DNA of 64,000 nucleotides from an uncultured Bacilli bacterium (GTDB lineage Bacteria; Bacillota_I; Bacilli_A; RF39; UBA660): NCBI GenBank assembly GCA_947626275.1, contig CANQRL010000007.1, positions 2,983 to 66,982 of the forward strand, read 5' to 3'. Shown piece by piece: positions 56,445 to 64,000 of this stretch (position 1 is its first letter; each line of letters starts with the position of its first letter). The notes under the pieces were generated by a model. It saw only the letters and a program-made list of their open reading frames with translations, ran no database searches and was not told where the DNA came from. The position numbers and the translations under genes were made by a program.

Positions 56445-57422
56445 TTAGTTATGTATTCCACTATTCTTAGTTACATACACATTCTTTCCCTTATTCAATA
56501 TAACTTCCTTTTTAGCATTGCTCATTTTCTTTACCATATCTAAAGGTGGGTGTTTTGGTATATATTCATTCTGCATTTCTTTGATTAATGATTGAACAAT
56601 AGTGCTAATTTCTGATTCACTTTTATTAGATATTTCTACACCTAATCTTCTTTTAAACTCTGGTTCCTTCATTAATCCATTAATAAGAGTAGAATTAAAT
56701 TCTGTAAGTGCATCATGCATTTCTTTCCAACTTTCATCAGTATATTTAATGATGCATAAAGCAGAAGTTAATTTAGACCTTTCATTACTGTCTATTGAAA
56801 TATCACTGTCATCTATATTTATAGATGTTTTTGTCGCATTTACAAATGTGACAGCAAAAATATCAGAACCTAGTCTGTTATCAAAAGAAGCATTTGATAC
56901 GTATTGATAGGTTTCATTTTTATAATATATATTTAAGATATATAGAGCCCCAAGTGCTGATATTAGATTTTCAATATTCCCATCTTTTAGATTATTGCGT
57001 CTATCATGCTTTACAGCTTGATAAGCTTTGTTCCACTTTGAACTACTACTTCCACGTTTATTGGCTTTATGTAATGGTTTTATAATCTTATTATTTGCAT
57101 TAGTGAAATTAAATCTTGCACAAGAAACAATGATTTCTCGTTCGCAAATATTCCATTGAGAGTTTAGATAATTTATGCAATCAGTATCAAAATATAAATC
57201 TCTCTTTTTTCCATTATCATCATATACATCAGACCCACCATTTACTTTATATAATTCTTTTGATAGTGATTCAATTTCAACAACAATTCGCAAAATTAAA
57301 TCAGCAATATACATTGAATATACTTTCATTTGACTATCATCAAAATTTATATACTTTGTTAATTGCAAGGTTTCTTCTTCAAGATTTTTATAAACAGGCC
57401 AGTAACTATTGAAATTCTCCAT
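56445..57422 (-). CDS. Hypothetical protein (element cargo)
   Basis: 325 aa, no recognised motif; composition shifted (N/I/K/S-rich) relative to neighbouring core genes. Confidence 0.5.
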   Translation of the reverse strand: MENFNSYWPVYKNLEEETLQLTKYINFDDSQMKVYSMYIADLILRIVVEIESLSKELYKVNGGSDVYDDNGKKRDLYFDTDCINYLNSQWNICEREIIVSCARFNFTNANNKIIKPLHKANKRGSSSSKWNKAYQAVKHDRRNNLKDGNIENLISALGALYILNIYYKNETYQYVSNASFDNRLGSDIFAVTFVNATKTSINIDDSDISIDSNERSKLTSALCIIKYTDESWKEMHDALTEFNSTLINGLMKEPEFKRRLGVEISNKSESEISTIVQSLIKEMQNEYIPKHPPLDMVKKMSNAKKEVILNKGKNVYVTKNSGIHN

Positions 57423-57498
57423 GGCATACCTCCATTAAACTCTATATATAGTATATCATATCACATAATTTCTTATTTTCTTAACAAAAATAAGCTTA

Positions 57499-59229
57499 CT
57501 ACAATGATTGAACATAAACATTGTAAGTAAACTTATTTAATTTTCTATCTGCTCTTAAAGTTTCTATACTAGCACATTCTTGATTTAATAAATAAAGAAC
57601 ATCATTATCTGCTTTACCCTCTATATGTCTAGCACCTTTCATTTTAGGTAATTCATTGCCAAGCAAGTTAAGGTATATATCTAATTTGATATTATATCTA
57701 TCATTATCTATTTTGTATACAATAATCTCATCAACAAACTTTCTGATAAAAGCTTCTAAGGAACCACCATCTATTTCCTCTTGAATAGAATTCGTTATCT
57801 TTTCAATATTGTTTTGACTTTGACTTAATATATTCATTTGTTCTAATACCTTTTCACGCTTTTTCGTTAAAAGCTTAATGTCTTTTCTTAATTGTTCAAA
57901 TTGAAATTTCAATTCATCTCTCCTTAACTCACCTGTAAATACCAAATCTAAAGCCATAGTCTTTTTGCTTTCAACTAGTTTTAACTGTTCATCAATATCA
58001 TTTAGTTGAGCGTCATACTGGTTAGTCTGATCTATACTTTCATATAATTTAAGCATACTATCTATCATTCTATTTTTCTTTGGCATCATACTACCCATTA
58101 TCTGCTTAAATATGTTGTATAAATCAGCTTCAGCGATAATAGGAGAAGCACAAGCATCAAGTCTATAATGTAAATAAAGGCCACAACTCCAAGTTGGTCT
58201 ATTTTTTCTTCTACTACCATGTGATCTTTGAAAGTTTATATTATGATCACCACAATATATCTTTGATGAAAAAGGATACTTCACACCACCAGACCAATAA
58301 TTATTGTTTTGGTAACCTTGTATTCTAACATTTAAAATCTCATTTGCCTTATCCCATAATTCCTCTGATACAATTGATGGAACACTATCATCTTCACACT
58401 TATATATCACTTGCTCATCTTTTTCATTTTTCTTTCTTTTCTTTGACCTATAATCCAATATCTCATATGTTCTTGCCCGATAAAATCCTTTATACTTTGG
58501 ATTTTGTATCATTCGTCTAAGAGAATCTTTATCATATAATCTTCCATTTTTATTAAGATATCCCTCATCAGATAATTTCTTAGCCAACTTATAAAAACCA
58601 TATTCACCAGTAGCATATAGTTCAAATAGCTTTCTTATCATCTTTGCTTCTTCTTCAACAATCACTAGTTTACAGTTATCTTTTTTATAACCAGTTATAT
58701 TTGATGAACCAAGTACATGACCTTGACTGATTGCCTTACGATATCCAAACTTAACACTTGCTGAAATCTTTTTGGATTCTTCTTGGGCAATGTTAAACAA
58801 TATATTAAGTGTTAATTCAGAGTTTGGATCAAAAGTATTAAGAGATTGATTTTCAAAGAATACCCCAACACCACATTCTTTTAATTTCCTAATGTAGTGA
58901 ATACTATCTTCTAAATCACGAGCAAATCTTGATACATCCTTTGTAATAATCAAATCAAACTTATTTAACTTTGCATCTCTAATCATTCTCATAAAGGATG
59001 GACGTTTATCTGCTCTTGTACCAGTAACACCTTCCTCAACATAGCCATCAACAAAAATCCATTCTTTTTTACTTTTGATATAGTTATCATAATAATCCAA
59101 TTGATTATCTAATGAATTAAGTTGAACATCACTATCTGTTGATACACGACAATAGTAGGTAACACGTAGTGGAAGATTATATATCTTTTCACCACGTGTT
59201 ATAGCGCTTACAACATCATAATAGTTCAT
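57499..59229 (-). CDS. Large serine recombinase (SpoIVCA-like)
   Basis: 576 aa; resolvase catalytic domain 'YYCRVSTDSDVQ…ITKDVSRFARD', recombinase domain, zinc-ribbon 'CGDHNINFQRSHGSRRKNRPTWSCG', C-terminal coiled coil. Confidence 0.85.
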   Translation of the reverse strand: MNYYDVVSAITRGEKIYNLPLRVTYYCRVSTDSDVQLNSLDNQLDYYDNYIKSKKEWIFVDGYVEEGVTGTRADKRPSFMRMIRDAKLNKFDLIITKDVSRFARDLEDSIHYIRKLKECGVGVFFENQSLNTFDPNSELTLNILFNIAQEESKKISASVKFGYRKAISQGHVLGSSNITGYKKDNCKLVIVEEEAKMIRKLFELYATGEYGFYKLAKKLSDEGYLNKNGRLYDKDSLRRMIQNPKYKGFYRARTYEILDYRSKKRKKNEKDEQVIYKCEDDSVPSIVSEELWDKANEILNVRIQGYQNNNYWSGGVKYPFSSKIYCGDHNINFQRSHGSRRKNRPTWSCGLYLHYRLDACASPIIAEADLYNIFKQIMGSMMPKKNRMIDSMLKLYESIDQTNQYDAQLNDIDEQLKLVESKKTMALDLVFTGELRRDELKFQFEQLRKDIKLLTKKREKVLEQMNILSQSQNNIEKITNSIQEEIDGGSLEAFIRKFVDEIIVYKIDNDRYNIKLDIYLNLLGNELPKMKGARHIEGKADNDVLYLLNQECASIETLRADRKLNKFTYNVYVQSL

Positions 59230-59263
59230 AATCTTCCACCGACTTTGCTACAATATGTTTTAT

Positions 59264-59407
59264 TTATGTTACTTGTAATGTTTTAATCCTTTTAAGTAAT
59301 TTTTCATTTGCTTTTGTAAATGTATTCTCATCAATAACATTTCTTTTATATAAGTTATTGTTAATGATAATTTGTAGTTGTAATTCCGTTATAGTATTTA
59401 TTTTCAT
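59264..59407 (-). CDS. Small ORF (47 aa) upstream of the recombinase; candidate directionality factor/regulator
   Basis: 'MKINTITELQLQIIINNNLYKRNVIDENTFTKANEKLLKRIKTLQVT'; RBS GAAAGG 9 nt upstream of ATG; below the ORF-track length cutoff. Confidence 0.3.
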   Translation of the reverse strand: MKINTITELQLQIIINNNLYKRNVIDENTFTKANEKLLKRIKTLQVT

Positions 59408-59563
59408 TTGATTCATCCTTTCTTTCATTCAACGTCACTTAATCGTATGTTCTAAACCATTAGAATATGATATCCTGATTACTTTTTAACTTTCTTTGTT
59501 TGATGATGACAAAAAAGAAAAGATATATTTTCGTTGAAGTTTATCACATATAATGATTGGTCA

Positions 59564-60463
59564 CTATATGGTGTCTACGTTCTTAAAAGTAGATCCTGGT
59601 TCATAGGTCATCCAAATAGGAAGATTCCGATTGATTTCTTCCGTTGTATAATCCTGATAGTTAGTCGGTGAGAAATTGGGCCGAGAAGCAATAGCTAGAA
59701 TCGCTCCACTATTCGGATCCATCGCAAGACCAAAAGCTTGATCAGCCTGATACATCGACATGGCATTATCTAGTTCACGCTCTAAGGCCTCTTGTAATTC
59801 AAAGTCAATCGTGAGAGTCATATTGATTCCATCTTGTGGTTTTTCATAGACTTGACTGAGCTTTAGACGATTTCCTTTCGCATCCGAAAAATACTTAATC
59901 GCTCCATAACTTCCCGTCAGGTATTGGTCATAGATGAGTTCTAGTCCACTTAACCCTTGATTATCAATTCCAACAAAACCTAAGGTATGAGATAAATACG
60001 TATCATAAGGGTATTCTCTCTTTGCTTCTTTGACTAGATACACGCCTGGTAATTTTAAATTTGAAATTTTATCCGCAATCTCATTCGATAGTCTTCTTCC
60101 CTCTGGATGGACTCTTTCAATCGAAGTCTTTTTAGAAACATGGGAAAGCATATCTTCATAAGAAACGCCAAGAATCTCCGCTAAAGAGGAAGCTGTCGAC
60201 TCCTTATCGACAATTTGATTGGGGATTAAGACAAGCGAAGTGGTTGTTATATTACCCGCTAAAACGACCCCATCCCGGTCATAAATGATTCCTCGATTGG
60301 CTTCTAAGGGAAGATTTCTACTCCATAGACTGGTCGCATAGTGATGAAGTTTATCATAACTGATAACTTGAATATAAAAGACTTTTCCAATGATGACGAA
60401 AAAAAGGACAATGAGAATGACTAATACCAATTTCATTCGAGCATTCATTTTCTTTAAAAACAT
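59564..60463 (-). CDS. spoVD: N-terminal half of the split class B PBP (SpoVD/FtsI-like): TM, dimerisation domain, ends at the catalytic S*TFK
   Basis: '…SLWSRNLPLEANRGIIYDRDGVVLA…LSHTLGFVGIDNQGLSGLE…NRNLPIWMTYEPGSTFK' then 5 element-derived codons (NVDTI) and a stop. Confidence 0.7.
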   Translation of the reverse strand: MFLKKMNARMKLVLVILIVLFFVIIGKVFYIQVISYDKLHHYATSLWSRNLPLEANRGIIYDRDGVVLAGNITTTSLVLIPNQIVDKESTASSLAEILGVSYEDMLSHVSKKTSIERVHPEGRRLSNEIADKISNLKLPGVYLVKEAKREYPYDTYLSHTLGFVGIDNQGLSGLELIYDQYLTGSYGAIKYFSDAKGNRLKLSQVYEKPQDGINMTLTIDFELQEALERELDNAMSMYQADQAFGLAMDPNSGAILAIASRPNFSPTNYQDYTTEEINRNLPIWMTYEPGSTFKNVDTI

Positions 60464-60515
60464 GCTATCACCTATATCATTGTATGAAAAAAGAAACGTT
60501 CTTTTGAACGTTCCT

Positions 60516-61079
60516 TCAATCTTTTTTTGTTTGAATCAATACGACAATATTCTCTTCTCTCCCCAGCGTATCAAAAGAGGGAAACTCTCCTATTTTTTGA
60601 AATTGACAATGCTCATAACAACGGATTGCTCGTTTGTTTCGCGCAAACGGACGAAGAAGAATCGTCTTAGCGGGATAATGATCATACACCTTTTGATTGA
60701 TAAGGGGAATTATCCTTTTCCCTAATCCCTTTGATAAATAACTAGGAATCCCGATAAATAAATCATATTCGTAAACAGAAGAATAAGGGGATAACACTTC
60801 TGCTAATTCATCTTTCTCATAGGGATAGATTTGAACTAGACCAATATCTTTTTTTCCATATTGAATAATCCACAATGACTGTTTTTTTCTCTTTTTCCGA
60901 TATTTAGAGACAATTTCTTCGTAGGACAACGGTCTTTGCTCAAACCACTCATAGACTTCCTTTTGATTACACCAATCATATAATTTCAAATAATCACGAC
61001 GACTATCTTCTAAAGGGCGAAAACCAATTTCTTCTCTATTTTCTTCGCCCATACATATCATCTTCCTGAATACTATCAA
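60516..61079 (-). CDS. GNAT-family acetyltransferase
   Basis: 187 aa; GNAT fold motifs ('IGIPSYLSKGLGKRII'); followed by hairpin terminator 'aacgttc-tttt-gaacgtt'. Confidence 0.55.
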   Translation of the reverse strand: MIVFRKMICMGEENREEIGFRPLEDSRRDYLKLYDWCNQKEVYEWFEQRPLSYEEIVSKYRKKRKKQSLWIIQYGKKDIGLVQIYPYEKDELAEVLSPYSSVYEYDLFIGIPSYLSKGLGKRIIPLINQKVYDHYPAKTILLRPFARNKRAIRCYEHCQFQKIGEFPSFDTLGREENIVVLIQTKKD

Positions 61080-63051
61080 TATAATTTATCCCTTGTTGAT
61101 AGCCATTCGATAGACCGGTTGTATCATGCATATTCATTCGTTTTTCCTCAGTTGCTTGCATTTTCGCCCGATAGGACATCGTCTTCACTAAAATAATAGA
61201 TAGTCCTAAGTTTTTCGCACTTAAAATATCATTATCCGTAATTTTATCATAACAGTAAATAGCAAACATTTGAGGAATTTGTAAACGGTCATTGAACTCA
61301 TCATTTTTACGAGTTCTATTTTGCTGCATCATCACGATTTCATTGTATTGATAGCTTCTTTTTACCAGTTCTTCAGGAGTCATCAACTGATAGACTCTAT
61401 TCGTTGCTTCATCCACGTATCCACGAACAAACTTGGAAAAAGAATCGACGGGATAAGTATGGAGAACTTGATCAATTGGAAAATCACGATAGGCAACATT
61501 ATAGTACAACTGTGGATTTTGAAAGGTGTTCAATTTTTCCGATCCATCCAGTGAATAAGATCCTCCATCGACAGAATAGAAGATATTCTTTCTTTCCATA
61601 GGCTCCTGTTTTGGAATTCCTAAAGACTTGACGAGAGCATAAAACGGTTCTCCATCTAATACATAGATATCGACTCCGGCTTTTTTAGATAATTCCTCAT
61701 CTTTAAATTGTAAAGCGGTTTTATCCGTCAACATCTTTTCTTTTATCAGCTGATAAGATTTCTCTTTCGCTGCTTTAAAATCATCATAATATTTTGAAAT
61801 AAAATCCGTTTGTGAAAGTTGTTGATGAAGTGCTTTCTTTTCGGCATAGGAAAGAGAGTCTAAGTCTAAAATTCTTTGATAAAGGCTTATTTCCTCTTCT
61901 GATAACGTTCTTCCCTCTGTCTCTTGAAAATGACAGAGTTGTTTTAAATCTAAAAAGAAATTATATGGCAAATCTTCAAAATGGTAATCAACAATCGCAT
62001 TGGTCAAAAGAAGATTACTCTCCCGTTCAAAAAAGCGGTGAATTCCTGGAATATCTTTTTGGTGATAAAGATCCCCCAACTCCATTCGAGCATTTTCATC
62101 CAATAGTCCTGTCCCAAAAGGATTAAATAGTTCTGGTAAACTATCAATAAGGGTTCCCATTCCCTCTCCTTGTGAAAGAGAGGCAGCTATTTTTTCGTAA
62201 AACGTTCGGTGTATAGCCACCATATTTTCTTTCTCATCATAACTATCGATTAGAGCATCATAATATTTCTTACGTTTCGCTTCTAGAATACTCACATCAT
62301 TATTTTTTCTTAACGCTTCGATTAAAAAACGATACTCTTTGATGCTTTGTAAATTGACCAATTCTTTTTGAAAATCTGGTTCTTCCAATAAATGAGGAGG
62401 AATCTGTACCCCTTTTTGCGCAAGAGAATAAATGGTCGAAAACGGATATTCCAAAAGAGTCGTAATTCGACTATCTTTTTCTAATAAATAGTCAATCGCC
62501 TCTTTCGATCCCCGTCTAATCGTTTCTTTGACTAAAGGAAGAGAAAGGGAAACTTTTTTTACTACTTCACACATCGTCTTTTCTGAAAAATGATAGAGAA
62601 CCATTTTTAAATCTTCTTCAGGAATGTTTTTTTCCTGGGCATATTGGATTAAAGAAATAGCCCCTTCTGGCTCAATAGAATGAAAGTAGCTGGAAAGTTC
62701 ATTTGCATATTTTAAAACTAAATCACAAAAACTAGGGATCGTAAGTAATTGATTGACAAATGGTTTTCCACACGTCAAAAGGCCATTCATTTTATCGACT
62801 AAATCCGTTGTTCCTTGAAGATAGGAAATTCCCTCTTCATCGAGAAGACGGAGAATCGTCTCATCTTCTTCGTATTGAACTAACCAAATAAAGTCATACT
62901 TTCTAGGACTATTGATGAGAAAATTTTTTAACCAACTTTCCTTTAACAAATCTTGATATTCTTGATAAGATTGTACTTTTAAAAGACGGATCCGATCGCG
63001 AAGATTCTCATAACTTAAATTTTGATACTTTTCCATTCCCATACTTTTCAC
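61036..63051 (-). CDS. Hypothetical 671-aa cytoplasmic protein
   Basis: Long uninterrupted ORF with coding-like composition; no motif recognised. Confidence 0.55.
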   Translation of the reverse strand: MKSMGMEKYQNLSYENLRDRIRLLKVQSYQEYQDLLKESWLKNFLINSPRKYDFIWLVQYEEDETILRLLDEEGISYLQGTTDLVDKMNGLLTCGKPFVNQLLTIPSFCDLVLKYANELSSYFHSIEPEGAISLIQYAQEKNIPEEDLKMVLYHFSEKTMCEVVKKVSLSLPLVKETIRRGSKEAIDYLLEKDSRITTLLEYPFSTIYSLAQKGVQIPPHLLEEPDFQKELVNLQSIKEYRFLIEALRKNNDVSILEAKRKKYYDALIDSYDEKENMVAIHRTFYEKIAASLSQGEGMGTLIDSLPELFNPFGTGLLDENARMELGDLYHQKDIPGIHRFFERESNLLLTNAIVDYHFEDLPYNFFLDLKQLCHFQETEGRTLSEEEISLYQRILDLDSLSYAEKKALHQQLSQTDFISKYYDDFKAAKEKSYQLIKEKMLTDKTALQFKDEELSKKAGVDIYVLDGEPFYALVKSLGIPKQEPMERKNIFYSVDGGSYSLDGSEKLNTFQNPQLYYNVAYRDFPIDQVLHTYPVDSFSKFVRGYVDEATNRVYQLMTPEELVKRSYQYNEIVMMQQNRTRKNDEFNDRLQIPQMFAIYCYDKITDNDILSAKNLGLSIILVKTMSYRAKMQATEEKRMNMHDTTGLSNGYQQGINYIDSIQEDDMYGRRK

Positions 63052-63107
63052 CTATTCTAATTTTATTGTAACGATTTTATCATATTGTGTCAAGCAAAAA
63101 GAAAGGC

Positions 63108-63716
63108 CTAAGGTCTTTCTTCTAAATTCTGTTTCATCAAAGATTCTACTTCATGATAGAGTTTTTGATTGGCTTCTTCTAAATCCATATCTCCTACTTT
63201 AAAAGGTTTTCCATAACGAATCGTTAAATTTTTACTACGAAACTTATAATCTCCCGTAATGCCAAAAGGAACTAGAAGAGCATCGGTCTTAGAAGCCATC
63301 GATACCGCTCCAAATTTAAATGGTAAGAGAAAAGCATCCGTCTTATTTCTCGTTCCCTCTGGGAAGAGACCAACTGCTCCCTTATCCTTTAATACTTCTA
63401 GGGCAAGGTTCGTAGCTTCCTCATCCTTCCGAGAACGATCCACCGAAATACACCCCGTTCCCTTGAAGAACCAGGCAACTTTCTTATCATCAAAATATTC
63501 TTTCTTAGCCATATAGTGGATTCCTCTTTTGGTTGCGATAATCGTAATACACTGGTCATAGAGATGCTTATGATTTCCAACAATCAAGATAGGTCCCTCT
63601 TTTGGAATATTTTCTCGACCGATAATTTTAGGACGATAATAGAAACGGAAGATTGGTCCGAGAAGAAATCGTCCTACTTTGTAAAGCACAGGAACTTTTC
63701 TATTCATCGTCATCAT
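63108..63716 (-). CDS. plsC: 1-acyl-sn-glycerol-3-phosphate acyltransferase
   Basis: 'VGNHKHLYDQ' (HxxxxD) and 'FPEGTRN' acyltransferase boxes; 202 aa. Confidence 0.7.
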   Translation of the reverse strand: MMTMNRKVPVLYKVGRFLLGPIFRFYYRPKIIGRENIPKEGPILIVGNHKHLYDQCITIIATKRGIHYMAKKEYFDDKKVAWFFKGTGCISVDRSRKDEEATNLALEVLKDKGAVGLFPEGTRNKTDAFLLPFKFGAVSMASKTDALLVPFGITGDYKFRSKNLTIRYGKPFKVGDMDLEEANQKLYHEVESLMKQNLEERP

Positions 63717-64000
63717 CTTCTCCTATGTCACTTTGTAGCTTTTGAAAATCTACTTTTCCTAGTTTTGTCTTTGGTAATTGTTTTCGGAAGACAAACTGAT
63801 AAGGAATCATATACTTGGCTAAATTCTTTTTACAATAATTTTTGATATCCGCCTTCACAAATAGGCCGTGGAATCCTTCTTTCAAAACGATAAAAGCTTT
63901 TCCTACCTCTTGCTTATAAGGATGGGGAATACCAATTACCGTACATTGTAAAACCGCTGGATGAGATTCAATGACTTCTTCTACGTGGGTTGGATAGACA
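63700..64000 (-). CDS. AMP-binding enzyme (acyl-CoA synthetase-like), C-terminal part; gene continues beyond window end
   Basis: C-terminal 'LPKTKLGKVD' motif typical of adenylate-forming enzymes; the reading frame stays open to position 64000. Confidence 0.5.
   Translation of the reverse strand, partial: VYPTHVEEVIESHPAVLQCTVIGIPHPYKQEVGKAFIVLKEGFHGLFVKADIKNYCKKNLAKYMIPYQFVFRKQLPKTKLGKVDFQKLQSDIGEDDDDE

Larger units (their letters stand above)
55554..59581. mobile_element. ~4.0 kb intervening element inserted in the PBP gene, bounded by imperfect inverted repeats; carries a large serine recombinase
   Basis: Left end 'GAACGTACCTACC', right end 'GGTGTCTACGTT' (its reverse complement AACGTAGACACC matches 9 of 12 positions), each abutting 'CTT'; removing 55554-59581 rejoins the reading frame to '…TYEPGSTFK|IITLAASLEE…'. 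Confidence 0.65.

Noticed and set aside
1-64000. CRISPR arrays, rRNA genes, insertion sequences with terminal inverted repeats and transposase
   Set aside because: No regularly spaced short direct repeats, no rRNA-like conserved segments, and no DDE transposase-like ORFs were seen. The only recombinases are the phage tyrosine integrase and the large serine recombinase described above.

Overview
AT-rich (~30% GC) low-GC Firmicutes chromosome segment, probably from a spore-forming Clostridia- or Erysipelotrichia-like organism; most genes are on the minus strand. From left to right the window contains the following. (1) The right arm of a temperate prophage: early lytic/replication genes, a Cro-like and a cI-like HTH regulator, and a tyrosine integrase, ending 36 bp from a tRNA-Leu(GAG) gene that is the likely attachment site. 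(2) A ~10 kb minus-strand cluster with two SipW-type (ER/archaeal-type S26) signal peptidases, two small TasA/camelysin-like proteins and three very large membrane-anchored secreted proteins; one of these carries about eight tandem Cys4/His-rich modules. (3) An accessory stretch holding DUF1653, a GH10-like protein, a GNAT, a 30-aa hydrophobic peptide cassette, a KilA-N gene with an in-frame TAA, and two tandem tRNA-Thr-like genes. (4) Housekeeping genes: pyrG with a leader hairpin, an AraC-type HTH, a MiaB/MtaB-family radical-SAM enzyme, rsmE, cvpA, RNase HIII and murC. (5) A Gram-positive Tad/Flp pilus locus (flp, two tadE-like genes, tadZ, tadA, a tadB fusion, tadC) next to a hybrid histidine kinase. 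(6) A giant 1821-aa surface protein with NPCBM-like, discoidin and DUF5011 domains. (7) A dcw-like segment (ftsW/spoVE, mraY) in which a SpoVD/FtsI-like class B PBP gene is split into two halves by a ~4 kb element that encodes a large serine recombinase, a Fic protein and an unknown protein, the same architecture as skin-type sporulation intervening elements. The leading candidate findings are the split PBP gene and the SipW/TasA-like cluster with the Cys/His-repeat protein. All calls come from reading the sequence and the ORF track; no database searches were run.
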